Assembly: GCA_038523235.1 (NCBI GenBank)
Contig: JBCBJQ010000018.1
Location: 1 to 64,000, forward strand
DNA length: 64,000 nt
DNA from: Cyanobacteria bacterium J06626_4
Lineage (GTDB): Bacteria > Cyanobacteriota > Cyanobacteriia > Phormidesmidales > Phormidesmidaceae
Direction: 5' to 3'
Part shown: piece after piece, positions 11,401 through 22,481 of the stretch
How the letters are laid out: each line of letters starts with the position of its first letter
How positions within the stretch are numbered: the first letter of the stretch is position 1
Translations under genes and position numbers: made by a program
Notes under the pieces: generated by a model
Told to the model about the DNA's origin: nothing
Database searches by the model: none
Seen by the model: only the letters and a program-made list of their open reading frames with translations

Positions 11401-13068
11401 ATGGCCGGCATCCAATCACTGCCGTTAGACATTGTCAAACTGATGGCTGCTGGGGAGGTCATTGATTCCCCCGCGGCTGTGGTGCGCGAGCTGGCCGAAA
11501 ATGCGATTGACGCCGGGGCTTCGCGCATTATCGTGACGGTGCGATCGCAGCCCTGGCACATTCAAGTCACCGACAACGGTATCGGCCTTTCCGTAGCTGA
11601 TCTGCGACAAGCCGCTACCTCCCACAGCACCAGCAAACTTTCGGCCAAAGCTGACTTGTGGAATATTCGCAGCCTTGGCTTTCGCGGCGAAGCCTTGCAT
11701 AGCCTCAGTCGGCTATCGCGGCTCACCCTCTGCAGTCGCCCCCAAGGGCCAGAAAACAATGGTTTTTGTCTTGCCTGCGATCGCACCGGGCGGCCCCTAA
11801 CCGTCACGCCGATGGCGATGGCCCCCGGCACGCGGGTCGAAGTCGCCGATCTGTTTTATCCCATGCCGTCGCGGCAGTCGCTCGCCGCCGCTCGCCAGTC
11901 ACAGCTGCGGGCGATGCTGCAGGCGGTGCAGCATTTGGCCCTGTGTCATCCCACCTTGACCTGGCAGGGCGAACTGGACGAGCGACCCTGGTTTACCCTC
12001 TGGCCAGGGCAGTCGGCCTTGCATATCTTGCCTCAGGTAATGCGGCGGCTGCCGGTGACCGATTTGCGCGAGGCGCGGCAGGCGGTTGAGCTACCTGAGG
12101 CCGCGGGACAGCTTTATTTGCTGATGGGCCTGCCCGATCGCTGCCATCGGCGGCGGCCCGACGGCCTCTTTGTCGCCCTGAATGGTCGGATGGTGCAGCT
12201 CCCCGACCTGACTGAACGGCTGCTGGCGATCCTCCGACGATCGCTGCCCCGCGATCGCTATCCGGTCGTGTTTCTCCATTTGCAGGCTCCGCCTCAGCAA
12301 GTAGACTGGCATCGCGCTCCCGATAAATCACGGGTGTTTCTGCAGCACAGCGATCGCTGGCATGAGGCCATTACCGCTGCCATTGACGACACCTTACGGG
12401 CATCACAGATCGAGCGCCCGGCAGCGGCCAGTCATCAGCGCTTGACTCAACTGCTGAAGCTGGCCGAACCCGACGGTCGCTATGGGTCGACTTCACCGGA
12501 GGCCGACCCCAATTCCGCCCCCTTGGCGCTGCGGGCGATCGCCCAGGTGCACAATCGCTACATTTTGGCCGAGCACCCCGCCGGACTTTGCTTAATTGAA
12601 CAGCACATTGCCCACGAGCGCGTGCTGTACGAAGAGCTGTGCGATCGTTGGGAAATCGTGGACATCGAAACGCCCATCGTGCTGTCCGACTTGACTGAGG
12701 CTCAGGTAGCTCAACTACAGCGCATTGGCCTCACAGTGGAATCTTTTGGGCCGCAGCTCTGGGCTGTGCGCACGCTGCCCGCCCCCCTACAGCACCGGGA
12801 CGACTGCGAAGCGGCCCTGCGAGAACTTAGTCTCGGCGGCGATTTGGACAGCGCCCTCGTCGCCACCGCCTGCCGCACGGCCATCCGCAATGGCACCCCG
12901 CTAGAAATCACTGCGATGCAGCAGATTTTGGATGCCTGGCAACGAGCCCGCAAACCCCAAACCTGCCCCCACGGTCGCCCCATCTGCTTGACACTGAACG
13001 AATCGAGTCTGGCCCGCTATTTTCGGCGCAGTTGGGTCATTGGCAAAAGCCACGGGTTAGAACCGTAG
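11401..13068 (+). CDS. mutL: DNA mismatch repair endonuclease MutL
   Basis: AAGEVID, ELAENAIDAGA, DNGIG, LGFRGEAL; C-terminal EQHIAHERVLYE, ACR and CPHGRP. Confidence 0.96.
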   Translation: MAGIQSLPLDIVKLMAAGEVIDSPAAVVRELAENAIDAGASRIIVTVRSQPWHIQVTDNGIGLSVADLRQAATSHSTSKLSAKADLWNIRSLGFRGEALHSLSRLSRLTLCSRPQGPENNGFCLACDRTGRPLTVTPMAMAPGTRVEVADLFYPMPSRQSLAAARQSQLRAMLQAVQHLALCHPTLTWQGELDERPWFTLWPGQSALHILPQVMRRLPVTDLREARQAVELPEAAGQLYLLMGLPDRCHRRRPDGLFVALNGRMVQLPDLTERLLAILRRSLPRDRYPVVFLHLQAPPQQVDWHRAPDKSRVFLQHSDRWHEAITAAIDDTLRASQIERPAAASHQRLTQLLKLAEPDGRYGSTSPEADPNSAPLALRAIAQVHNRYILAEHPAGLCLIEQHIAHERVLYEELCDRWEIVDIETPIVLSDLTEAQVAQLQRIGLTVESFGPQLWAVRTLPAPLQHRDDCEAALRELSLGGDLDSALVATACRTAIRNGTPLEITAMQQILDAWQRARKPQTCPHGRPICLTLNESSLARYFRRSWVIGKSHGLEP

Positions 13069-13091
13069 GGCGATCGCTAGAACGCCGTTAC

Positions 13092-13159
13092 AGAAAACCG
13101 GTTTCTGGGGCCAAAAGAGACTCATTCCATCATTGCCTAACACGAGAAACCAGGTTTCT
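13092..13159. repeat. Pair of short palindromic dispersed repeats (AGAAACC-N-GGTTTCT type)
   Basis: agaaaaccggtttct (13092-13106) and agaaaccaggtttct (13145-13159) between the convergent mutL and Lrp genes. Confidence 0.6.
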
Positions 13160-13220
13160 TGCAATACTCACCGGTGCTCTACGCATAACCCCGTTCACGG
13201 CTTTCTTGAGCAGTTAAAGG

Positions 13221-13694
13221 TCAGCTTTCAGCTAATGGCGGCAGCCGCCTTTGCACTGGTGAAGATTGAATCAGAGACGTGTTGGTCTGAGCATAGGGCA
13301 TGAGCTGGTCGATAATGCGCTCCAGCTCATCCGTCGATCGCACGTGAACCTTCACGATAAAGCAGTCATCCCCCGTCACCCGATCGCATTCCACAATTGC
13401 TGCAATCGCTTGAATCATCGCCACCACTTTGGCCAACTGGCCCGGCAGCGGGCGAATCCGAATATAAAACGACAACGCATAGCCCAGCATCTTAGGGTCT
13501 ACCGCGATTGTGAAATCCTGGATAACGCCCGATTCTTTGAGACGTTTCAGTCGCTCTGAAACGCTAGGCGCGGACATGTTCAGGGCTCTGGCCAAATCAG
13601 CGATCGAGGTGCGCGCGTCCCGATGCAAAATGCCGAGTAGACGGACATCGACATCGTCCAGTACCGATTTCTGTATACGAAGGCATTCCTTCAT
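13221..13694 (-). CDS. Lrp/AsnC family transcriptional regulator
   Basis: LDDVDVRLLGILHRDARTSIADLA HTH, ERLKRLKESGVI, RAM-domain VTGDDCFIVKV. Confidence 0.95.
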   Translation of the reverse strand: MKECLRIQKSVLDDVDVRLLGILHRDARTSIADLARALNMSAPSVSERLKRLKESGVIQDFTIAVDPKMLGYALSFYIRIRPLPGQLAKVVAMIQAIAAIVECDRVTGDDCFIVKVHVRSTDELERIIDQLMPYAQTNTSLIQSSPVQRRLPPLAES

Positions 13695-13802
13695 AAACCC
13701 CTGCTTTTTAAAGGCTATCTAAAATTATAGCCTTTAATACAGTATATAAATTTCCAAAAAGCGTTGGTAGTATTGGCGCACCCACTATTCCTTGCCTAAC
13801 GC

Positions 13803-14675
13803 ATGAAAATGCCAGCCGCTATATCGGCCAAAATCACCGCAGCGCCCCCGCATCTTTGGTTTGTCATTAGTGCCATCTTTCATTACTTAGGCCCCTCGTT
13901 TGCTGTTCTGCTGTTTGCCAATATCAGCGTTTTAGGCGTCGCCTGGTTCCGAATTGCCAGTGCGGCACTGATATTTGCACTCTGGACTCAACCGTGGAAA
14001 ACCTTTCGCTCAGCGAATCGGGCGACGATCATTTTGTTGCTGCTATTGGGCGCTTGTCTGGCTCTGATGAACAGCGCGTTTTATCTCGCTATTGACCGGT
14101 TGCCCTTGAGTTTGGTCGCCACGATGGAATTTGTGGGCACCATTGCCGTTGCGTTATTTGGCCTGAGAGCCCGACGCAACTACGCGGCCCTGGCATTAGC
14201 GATCGCAGGGGTCTTTATTTTGATTGATGTGCGCTGGTCAGATGATGTCTTGGGCCTCACGTTTGCCGCAGTTAATGCACTTTTGTTTATGACTTACATC
14301 ATTTTGGGGCATCGCATTTCAGAGCAGGGCGCGGGAGCAGGCGTGGGTCGATTGGGGGCGGCCATGGCCGCGGCGTTTCTCTTTGTGATGCCCATTGGCT
14401 TTGCCGATGCGGTTTCAGCCCTGGTGCATCCCCTGCTGATTTTGGCGGGCATTGGCGTGGGCCTTAGTTCTTCGGTCATTCCCTACATCTGTGATCAGCT
14501 CGCCATGTCTCAATTACCGCGCAACACCTATGCGCTGTTGCTAGCGCTATTACCGGCAACAGCAACGATTGTGGGCGCGATTGTGCTAGGCCAGATTCCC
14601 ACGCTGAGAGACCTCCTGGGAATCTTGCTGGTGATGGCCGGCGTGGCACTTCACAAACCCGCAACATTGCCTTGA
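13803..14675 (+). CDS. EamA/DMT family exporter (RhtA-like)
   Basis: About 10 TM segments, FYLAIDRLPL, SSVIPY; divergent from the Lrp gene. Confidence 0.9.
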   Translation: MKMPAAISAKITAAPPHLWFVISAIFHYLGPSFAVLLFANISVLGVAWFRIASAALIFALWTQPWKTFRSANRATIILLLLLGACLALMNSAFYLAIDRLPLSLVATMEFVGTIAVALFGLRARRNYAALALAIAGVFILIDVRWSDDVLGLTFAAVNALLFMTYIILGHRISEQGAGAGVGRLGAAMAAAFLFVMPIGFADAVSALVHPLLILAGIGVGLSSSVIPYICDQLAMSQLPRNTYALLLALLPATATIVGAIVLGQIPTLRDLLGILLVMAGVALHKPATLP

Positions 14676-15349
14676 GCAATTGATGAAGAACACTGATACG
14701 ACACTGAATAGCGATTCTTTGGTTGGTAGAGCAAAGTACCCCCTGCCTGTAGTCTGCGTAGCGGTGAAATCGCTCGCCGCCCTTTGTCCCCATCGAACTG
14801 GGGTCAGAAGCCTGAGGTCTTTTTAGTAGCCCGTCGATGAGTGGTAAACAATTTGACAGGTTTTCTCAGGACGGCTTGCATGCCGGTCTACACACGCTAA
14901 GGCGTTTCAAGATCAGCTGATCACGCCAATTCACAATCTGTCCAATCACGAACGTGGTTAGCCCCAAGCTAGGTCACGATTCATACAACGCAGCTCCCGC
15001 GCAGTTTGTATCCCCCCCCAGAACGGGCGATCGCCCGTTGCCACGCCCCCTTCAGTCTTTATCGCCAAAACTATTTTCTAGAGGCCTGTTTGCATGCCGA
15101 CAACTGCAGTTCGTCCGTGGCGCTTAGTGTTTGCCTTGAGTGCCGTATTAGCGCTCACCGCCTACCTACCCCACCCCAATCTGGGAGAGCCGTTGCCCCA
15201 GTCACTCAATTCTTTAGTGAAAACCTTAGCCCGCTCCGACACCCAACTGTAATCGCGCGCATTCCTGGCCACGACAACAACTGATTCTCCCTCACGGCTG
15301 CTGCCATTACGGCATAGTCAAGTCCTGACATCACTGGGAGCGCGCTGGG

Positions 15350-16174
15350 TTAAGACAAGCCTGCACGATTGGGATAGCGACGCAGCAGCGTCAGAAATCG
15401 ACTGGTATCAAACGTCCGCGGGTCTTGGCGACTGCCGGAGCGATCGACGGCTTTATGGGTGGTCAGGCGGCTTTCGGGAATGCTGCTCTGGGCGATTAGC
15501 CAGGCTAACGACTCATATTGGGCCTGAGTGTAGCCACTGTGGTTAGGGCCATTGCCGCGGCCATCGCTGGGGGTTTCTAGCGAAACGTGGTACGCAAAGT
15601 TATTCACCGAAGACGGAAAGGCCGAATTGGTCGTGACGGTTTCGGGGCCATTAGGTCCGTTAAAGATAGAATTGCCCGCTCCGTAGGCCCGTTTTTCTGG
15701 CGGCACAATGTAATAAATCGTGCCATCTCGACCAATCAGGGTGTGATAGCTCACCTGGTCGTTGTCGTTGGGGTGATAGGTCTGAAACAGGTTGAGCGCA
15801 CTTTGGGCGGAACCGACCGTCTCATGCATGACCGCGATGAATTGATTGTTCACCGGCTGACCATAGGCATCGCTGCTGTAGCGATCGCCATAGTTCGACG
15901 GATCGGCCAGCTGAATCACCTGACGGGGCTGATAGTTGGGCGCAGACTGCGCTAGTAGCGGCGCAGATACCGAAAAATCTAAGGCACTCCCAGTCGTTTC
16001 TGGAGTTGTCGGCACCAAGGCCATATCGGTCACTTCGTGCACAGTGGGGAGTCCTGACACGGTTGCGATCGCCTGCAGCGCCATGCCTCTGGGCCAGACA
16101 ATGAGGAAACCCAGCGCCAGAACGATCATCCAGATCCAGTTGCCGCCCAGCCAGTTTCTCAATCGTCCCATCAA
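15350..16174 (-). CDS. N-acetylmuramoyl-L-alanine amidase (Amidase_2/AmpD-like) with an N-terminal TM or signal peptide
   Basis: VMHET, VSYHTLIGRDGTI, RAYGAG, YTQAQYESL, TTHKAVD..DP Zn-amidase motifs. Confidence 0.88.
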   Translation of the reverse strand: MMGRLRNWLGGNWIWMIVLALGFLIVWPRGMALQAIATVSGLPTVHEVTDMALVPTTPETTGSALDFSVSAPLLAQSAPNYQPRQVIQLADPSNYGDRYSSDAYGQPVNNQFIAVMHETVGSAQSALNLFQTYHPNDNDQVSYHTLIGRDGTIYYIVPPEKRAYGAGNSIFNGPNGPETVTTNSAFPSSVNNFAYHVSLETPSDGRGNGPNHSGYTQAQYESLAWLIAQSSIPESRLTTHKAVDRSGSRQDPRTFDTSRFLTLLRRYPNRAGLS

Positions 16175-16292
16175 TTCCCCCAGGTTTTTACGCTTGCGAA
16201 GGTTAATCTTGGCGAATTTTTCAGAAACCTGACATTAATTTTGTCTAAAACTGTGAAAATCGACGCAGTCTATCCAGATTCTTTGCAAAAAA

Positions 16293-16742
16293 TCACCAAG
16301 ACGACCAGCGATCAAGAGCGCGTTTGCCCCCCCAGCGGGCCACGATTTCGTCATCGTAGTCATCGGCCAGCCTGACAACCGTCGTCACCGAATATTTCAG
16401 CTCGATTTGGTCGCAGGTTGAGCCCACCAAACTATGCTCAAACACAATGTCGTTTTCCGAGTCAAAGGCAAATCGACCAAAGCGAATGCCGTTATTTTCT
16501 CGTAGTAGATAGTAAGACAGCTCTTGCGTGACAGCGATATCGGTCACCACATAGGAACGAGTCGTGATCAACGCGTCATCCTCTTCCCAAGGAATTACCC
16601 GTGTCGAGGCCACCGCCGAACCAAAATTAATTACAAACAACGGCTCATCATCGAATAAAACCACGCTGCCGCCAAACAGGTGATGCATCCAAGGTTCAAT
16701 TCGTTCGTAGCAAGCTTGTTGAGCAGAGGTCTGAAATTCCAT
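16293..16742 (-). CDS. YbjN / T3SS-chaperone-fold protein
   Basis: Acidic 149-aa protein with LLRENNGIRFGRF and ADDYDDEIVARWGG patterns. Confidence 0.75.
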   Translation of the reverse strand: MEFQTSAQQACYERIEPWMHHLFGGSVVLFDDEPLFVINFGSAVASTRVIPWEEDDALITTRSYVVTDIAVTQELSYYLLRENNGIRFGRFAFDSENDIVFEHSLVGSTCDQIELKYSVTTVVRLADDYDDEIVARWGGKRALDRWSSW

Positions 16743-16862
16743 TACATATGCAAACTAATCCTGTCTGCTATTTTCTCATTGATGGGACACCCTTAAGACC
16801 ACTTCGGGGCAACAAAGCCACCGCGACCGCACAGCCAGTATCTTAAAAACAGTCATTGGATT

Positions 16863-18347
16863 ATGCCTATGGCATCCTCAGAACCACCGGCGGGAGACCC
16901 GTCTGCCAACTTAGTCGATGAACTAGACCAAGTCATTCTCGAGTTTGAAGATCTCCAGTCAGAATTCACCTATCGCCAGGCCAAAGGTGTCTTGCAATCG
17001 CTCTTAGACCAGCTAGATCTGACGCCCCGAGAGGCCTCTAGTCTTGGGCGTGAAGTGCAGCATCTGACAAGCCTGCTACAAAAGCTGGACCAGGCAGTGG
17101 TGCAAATTGCAGTCTTTGGTTTGGTGGGGCGGGGCAAGTCGTCGTTGCTCAATGCCCTAGTCGGTCAGCCCGTGTTTGCCACTGGCCCCACCCATGGCGT
17201 CACCCAAACCGTGCAAACCGCTGACTGGCAGGTTGAGCAAGAAACGCTGGCGGCTGGCCCGACGATCTCACGGGTCAGTCTCGGCGGTGCTGGGCGATCG
17301 CGCATCGAACTGATTGACACCCCCGGCCTGGATGAGGTCAATGGCGCGGCACGGGCTCAGCTGGCCCGCCAGCTGGCAGCCTCCGCCGACCTCATTCTCT
17401 TCGTGATTGCCGGCGATATTACCCGCGTTGAGTACGAGGCTTTGGTGCAGCTGCGGGCAGCGAGTAAACCCATCCTGCTGGCTTTCAACAAAGTTGATCA
17501 GTATCCTGCTGCCGATCGCGACACGATCTACGCGGCCTTAAAGGACGAGCGCCTACGTGACCTGATCTCTCCTGAGGAAATCGTCATGACGGCGGCGGCT
17601 CCCCTAGTGGCCGTCATGACGGCGGAAGCCGGAGCACGACGCCCCCAAATTCAGCGCGGCCAGCCTCAAGTCGAAGCGCTCAAACTCAAGATTTTAGAGG
17701 TCTTGCAGCGAGAAGGATTAGCCCTCGTGGCCCTCAACACCCTGCTTTATGCCGATGAACTAAACGACACCATCGTGCAGCGCAAGCTCAAAATCCGCGA
17801 CCAGGCCGCCCAAGAAGTGATCTGGAACAGCGTCATGACGAAGGCGATCGCGGTCGCCCTGAATCCCGTCACCATGCTGGATGTGCTTACCGGGGCGATC
17901 GTCGATGTGGCCATGATCCTCATGCTGTCTCGCCTTTATGGCTTACCCATGACCCGCGCCGGAGCTGTGCAACTGCTCAAAAGCATCGCTGTGGAACTGG
18001 GCGGTCTCTCGGCCAGTGAGCTACTTGTCACTCTTGGGTTGAGTTCACTCAAGGGGGTGTTGGGGGTGAGCGTGCCCGCCACCGGTGGACTCTCTCTAGC
18101 GCCTTACACCACGGTGGCAATCACGCAAGCTACTGTCGTCGGCGTCGCCACCTATGGTATCGGTTTGGTCACTCAGCAGTATCTCGCCAACGGCGCTAAA
18201 TGGGGACCTGATGGCCCCAAACCGGTCGTCCACAATATTTTAGAGCATCTCGACGAAGCATCTATTCTTAACCGCATCAAGGCTGAAATCACCGTCAAAC
18301 TCAACCGTCATTCGACCGATCAGTCGGTGTCTAAGCCTGAGATCTAA
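16863..18347 (+). CDS. Era-like GTP-binding protein with a DUF697-like C-terminal region
   Basis: G1 GLVGRGKSS, G3 DTPG, G4 NKVD; C-terminal hydrophobic NPVTMLD segment. Confidence 0.88.
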   Translation: MPMASSEPPAGDPSANLVDELDQVILEFEDLQSEFTYRQAKGVLQSLLDQLDLTPREASSLGREVQHLTSLLQKLDQAVVQIAVFGLVGRGKSSLLNALVGQPVFATGPTHGVTQTVQTADWQVEQETLAAGPTISRVSLGGAGRSRIELIDTPGLDEVNGAARAQLARQLAASADLILFVIAGDITRVEYEALVQLRAASKPILLAFNKVDQYPAADRDTIYAALKDERLRDLISPEEIVMTAAAPLVAVMTAEAGARRPQIQRGQPQVEALKLKILEVLQREGLALVALNTLLYADELNDTIVQRKLKIRDQAAQEVIWNSVMTKAIAVALNPVTMLDVLTGAIVDVAMILMLSRLYGLPMTRAGAVQLLKSIAVELGGLSASELLVTLGLSSLKGVLGVSVPATGGLSLAPYTTVAITQATVVGVATYGIGLVTQQYLANGAKWGPDGPKPVVHNILEHLDEASILNRIKAEITVKLNRHSTDQSVSKPEI

Positions 18348-18391
18348 GACCATGGCCAGTTAGCACCCGAACCAGTCCGAGGCGATGAAGC

Positions 18392-18901
18392 ATGCCAACT
18401 GAAGCCCGCTTAAAGACTTTGGCAGGATATGACAAGATGGACAACGTGACCGTAAATGCCCAGCTTGATCGCATGACTGACTCAACCTTTCGCTCGATGC
18501 CCGCCTACGAAAAACTTAGAACGCTACGCTCACTGTTGCTGAAGTTGCATAAAGCCCTCCTCGACGCCGAACAAGACAGTTATGAACGGGTACATGGCCC
18601 TATCACATCTAAGGGCGAGCTGTTTCAGCTAGTGATCAGTGATGAGTGGTTCGACTGGTTACGCCCCATCTCACAGTTCATCGTGCGCATTGATGAAACC
18701 CTTAGCTCAAAAGAACCGGTCTCGCCGAATCAGCTCCATGTACTGTTAGAAGCCGCCCGCGACCTATTGCCTCTGGAATCAGCGGCTGACAGCGAAACGG
18801 CAGTGCGCTATCAACGGGCGGTACAAAATTATCCCGCTATTGCCACGATGCATGCAGAAATGATGGAGCTGTTAGGCCTGTCTGCCGCTGCCGAAGGGTA
18901 G
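18392..18901 (+). CDS. Hypothetical helical protein; start may be ATG 18473
   Basis: LLKLHKALLD..YERVHG...FDWLRPISQFIVRIDE, protein-like and co-oriented with neighbours. Confidence 0.75.
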   Translation: MPTEARLKTLAGYDKMDNVTVNAQLDRMTDSTFRSMPAYEKLRTLRSLLLKLHKALLDAEQDSYERVHGPITSKGELFQLVISDEWFDWLRPISQFIVRIDETLSSKEPVSPNQLHVLLEAARDLLPLESAADSETAVRYQRAVQNYPAIATMHAEMMELLGLSAAAEG

Positions 18902-19171
18902 TGTTTTGGCACTGCCAACGCCTGCTCCTAGACCGTTGCCTCGCCTTCAACCGGCAGAGCAATCAAAGTTTGAGACCGCTATTAGGGCTTCAGAACGGGC
19001 ACCATCCTCTACTTCACCCCTAGGTTCAGCCTCTGCTGGCCCTGCTCCCCGACGCCATACTGAGAGTCACTCTCAGGCGAACGCTTTAGACAGCAGCACC
19101 GCACCGCAAGAAATTACAAGACGCGGGTTGACCGCTTCGATAGAGTAGCGAAGCTGATACCGTCGAAGCTG

Positions 19172-20044
19172 ATGCCAGTTAATTTATTACTGATTTGCCT
19201 GGCGGCAATTACCTGGGGCACAACGGGCACCGCGATGGTGCTGCTGAGTCAAACAACCCCCCTAAATCCCTTAGTTGTGGGGTTTTGGCGCATGGCTCTG
19301 GCGGCACCCTGGCTGCTGTTGATAGCTGGCCGCGACCCTGACTTTTGGCACTGGCCCCGTCAGAGGGGCACAGCCCAGCTCGGGATGGGTGCCTGCATTG
19401 CCGCCTATCAGGTCTGCTACTTCTGTGCGGTGCCTCTCAGTGGCGTGGCAGTCACAGCCCTGGTGGCGATTTGTTCGTCACCTTTGATTATTGCCTTACT
19501 GGCCGCCTGGCACTTGGGCGAGCGTCTGACCCCAAAAGTTTATGGGGCAATCGCCTTGGGGATTACGGGGACTATTTTGCTCGTGGCTAGGCCGGAGGCG
19601 ATCGCGGCTAACCCCCGCTTTTTTCTCGGCGTTATGCTGTCGTTTGGTGCTGCTTTCGGCTATGCGGGCTACGTGGTGATCGCGAAAGTGCAGGTGGCCA
19701 ACCAGCCCCCGCTAACGATTGCGGCTTCGGGCTTCACCCTGGCAGCGCTGTTTTTGCTGCCGACATTGGCCTGGCAGCCGCCCTGGCAAGATTGGGTGAA
19801 AGTGCTGCCCTGGCTACTGTATTTAGGCATCGTCACCACCGCGATCGCCTACGGCATTTACATGATTGGCTTGAGGCATACGTCAGCGACAGCGGCAGGG
19901 GTTTTGGTACTGCTAGAGCCCTTAACGGCGACTTTGCTAGGCGTCTTTTTCTTTCGGGAGCCGATGTCGCTGACAGGCGTGGTCGGTGCCATCCTCTTGC
20001 TGAGTGCGATCGCGCTGCTAACGTTACAATCCCAACCCGCATGA
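19172..20044 (+). CDS. DMT/EamA family transporter
   Basis: WGTTG, about 10 TMs, LLEPLTATLLG. Confidence 0.9.
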   Translation: MPVNLLLICLAAITWGTTGTAMVLLSQTTPLNPLVVGFWRMALAAPWLLLIAGRDPDFWHWPRQRGTAQLGMGACIAAYQVCYFCAVPLSGVAVTALVAICSSPLIIALLAAWHLGERLTPKVYGAIALGITGTILLVARPEAIAANPRFFLGVMLSFGAAFGYAGYVVIAKVQVANQPPLTIAASGFTLAALFLLPTLAWQPPWQDWVKVLPWLLYLGIVTTAIAYGIYMIGLRHTSATAAGVLVLLEPLTATLLGVFFFREPMSLTGVVGAILLLSAIALLTLQSQPA

Positions 20045-20892
20045 CTGTTAACTGCCTTCCTGATCCGACTGGCAAGCAGCTAGGCGAACATGCCCAAGCC
20101 TGGCGGACTGACCTCTTTCAAGATTTAGAAGTGCTCCATGCGACCTATCGTCACCATCGGTTTCCCCGTCATCTGCATGAGGAATTTTGCATCGGGGTTA
20201 TTACTCAGGGAGCAGAGCAAGTGAGCTATCAAGGCACGACCCATTTAGCGGCAGTGGGCAGTTTGGTGGTGATTCCGCCCGAAGCCGTTCACAGCAATGT
20301 GGCCGCCGATGCTACTGGTTGGAGCTTCCGAGTCTGCTATCCCAGAGCCACTCTGTTTATGCAGCTGGGGTTCGGGGCATCGCTGCCCTGCTTTCAAGAA
20401 CCGATTATTACCGATCCGCCGCTGGCTCAAGCGTTTATCTATTTTCATCAGCTGCTGTCGCAGGCCAATCCACAAACAGCCCTCGCCGCCGAATCAGTTT
20501 TGCTAACAGCTTTGGCTCAACTCGTCCAGCGGCACAGTCAGTCTAGATTGACAGATAAGCAGGGCAGCGAGTCAAGGGCCGTCAACCAAATCCGAGACTA
20601 CCTACACGTCTACTATGCGGACAAGATTGTGCTGCAGGATTTAGTTGAACTCACCGGGTTGAGCCCTTATCATCTCTCGCGAGTATTTCAACGGGCGACA
20701 GGGTTGCCGCCCCACGCTTATCTGATTCAAGTGCGAGTTGCTAAGGCCAAAATGCTCCTGGCTCAAGGACATTTACCAGCGGCTGTGGCCTGTGAAATGG
20801 GGTTCACCGATCAAAGTCATCTCACCAAAACGTTCAAGGCCATAGTCGGAGTAACGCCCAAGCAGTATCAAGGTAACCCACTCAATCACTGA
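20041..20892 (+). CDS. AraC family transcriptional regulator
   Basis: Cupin FPRHLHEEFCIG...HSN; double HTH LSPYHLSRVF and GFTDQSHLTKTFK..GVTPKQY. ATG 20041 overlaps the DMT stop codon (ATGA). Confidence 0.93.
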   Translation: MTVNCLPDPTGKQLGEHAQAWRTDLFQDLEVLHATYRHHRFPRHLHEEFCIGVITQGAEQVSYQGTTHLAAVGSLVVIPPEAVHSNVAADATGWSFRVCYPRATLFMQLGFGASLPCFQEPIITDPPLAQAFIYFHQLLSQANPQTALAAESVLLTALAQLVQRHSQSRLTDKQGSESRAVNQIRDYLHVYYADKIVLQDLVELTGLSPYHLSRVFQRATGLPPHAYLIQVRVAKAKMLLAQGHLPAAVACEMGFTDQSHLTKTFKAIVGVTPKQYQGNPLNH

Positions 20893-21264
20893 TCAGAGAC
20901 AAGGGGCGATGGCACCGGTAGCAAGGCCCGAAAGGCTTAAAAGTTAGGCATATTGACCGTGAAGACTTATCGGCAGCTAGAATTCGGCAGTCAGAATAAA
21001 ATGCTGGTTAAAGCGTGTCTTCAGCCATTCAGGCTGTCTTAACCAAACTGCAGCTAGTACTCCACGGCAGCAGTAAGACGACTATTCCAGTTCCCTGGCC
21101 CCCTTGCTCCCACGGCGCCCTAGCCATCGGCAATGGTTGGTGAAATCACGCCGCAGTCTACTAGTCAGATCGTCAGGACTCGATGCGATCGACAGACATC
21201 CTGCAACATGCAGAAACGGCGCGTCAGAGACTCATCTGAGCCCGCCAAGCGAGAGTCGCTACCG

Positions 21265-22206
21265 TCAAGCGACCGGGAGTTTGGGCACCAGCGTTTGCTC
21301 AGGATTGCGGCGGGTAGAGCGAATTTGCCAAAGGAGACGCCACGGCGCTGGGTTGAAGCAAGCAGGAAATAACAGCTCGGTGGCGATCGGGAGCTTACGT
21401 TGCGCCAGAGCGATTAAGCCCCAGTGCAGATACACGTATTGACTGATGATGTCGATGGAAGGATAGTTGGATTGCTCAGCTTCCTCTGCAGGTATAAATT
21501 TATAGATGCGTCTTTTAATGACGACATTCAGCTCTGCTCGACCTTTGAGATTCTTCTTTTGCTCAAACCCACCCGACCAGAGTGTGCGGTAGGCCAGATA
21601 TTCATTGAGAAATAACGCGTCGCCATAGGCGGCAATTCTGACCCAAGCGTCAATGTCGTCGTAGTTGGTAGTCATGGTGATATCCCACCCACCCGCTTGC
21701 AAGAAGGCTTGACGTTGAGCCGCAACTTGTACCGGCGTACCGACAGGAGTTTGCTCAAGCAACATGCCATAGTGAATGGCTGTTCTAGGCACGTAAAACG
21801 TCTGGCCAGGCCCCACCGCACCGGTACGTCGCAGTTCATTGCCCTGCTCATCAACGTGAACTGACCGACAGGAACAGAGCACCGCTTGCGGATGCTGGGC
21901 GATCGCTTGACCCATTTTCTCAACGCAGTCTTCGGCGAGATAATCGTCATCATCAAGGAACTTGATCCAGTCTCCACTGGAGACCTCGACCCCCGCGTTC
22001 ACACTGCCGGCATGGTTGAGGTTGACCGCATTGCGATGGTAAATTACCTGGTCACCCAAACTGCGAACATAGGCCTCGGTATCATCTGTTGACGCATCAT
22101 CAACGACGACGACTTCGCAGGGCACCGTTTGGTTGAGAGCAGAGGCGATCGCACGCTTCAAAAACTCAAGTCGGTTGTAAGTGGTAATAACAATGCTGAA
22201 TTTCAC
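21265..22206 (-). CDS. Glycosyltransferase family 2
   Basis: SIVITTYNR, VVDDASTD, FLDDDD. Confidence 0.93.
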   Translation of the reverse strand: MKFSIVITTYNRLEFLKRAIASALNQTVPCEVVVVDDASTDDTEAYVRSLGDQVIYHRNAVNLNHAGSVNAGVEVSSGDWIKFLDDDDYLAEDCVEKMGQAIAQHPQAVLCSCRSVHVDEQGNELRRTGAVGPGQTFYVPRTAIHYGMLLEQTPVGTPVQVAAQRQAFLQAGGWDITMTTNYDDIDAWVRIAAYGDALFLNEYLAYRTLWSGGFEQKKNLKGRAELNVVIKRRIYKFIPAEEAEQSNYPSIDIISQYVYLHWGLIALAQRKLPIATELLFPACFNPAPWRLLWQIRSTRRNPEQTLVPKLPVA

Positions 22207-22481
22207 TTCGAATTAGTGGGTGAGCAACCGAATAGGAAATTGTTCTTGGCCAGATCTTAGGGCTGAATTAGTTTCGTTCCTTAGTCCCATTCTGGAGGAC
22301 TAGATTCAGTATCCTCAGGATTGAGGAATTGAAGGGGCCAATGCGTCAGTTCTACATGATGCAAACAGCGGCTCCTTGTTCCAAAAACAAACTGCCCACA
22401 GCCAAACCTAATCGCTTGACGCGGGCAGACCAACCCTAGCCATTAGCCGTCTCAGTGACTTTAATGCAAGCTTTCAAAAAG

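Noticed and set aside
14676..15349. Long intergenic gap as a possible ncRNA or small ORF (15006..15284)
   Set aside because: No recognisable RNA motif, repeat or protein-like ORF
19792..20040. N-terminal extension of the AraC ORF
   Set aside because: Overlaps the DMT gene; ATG 20041 coupled to the DMT stop gives a normal-length AraC
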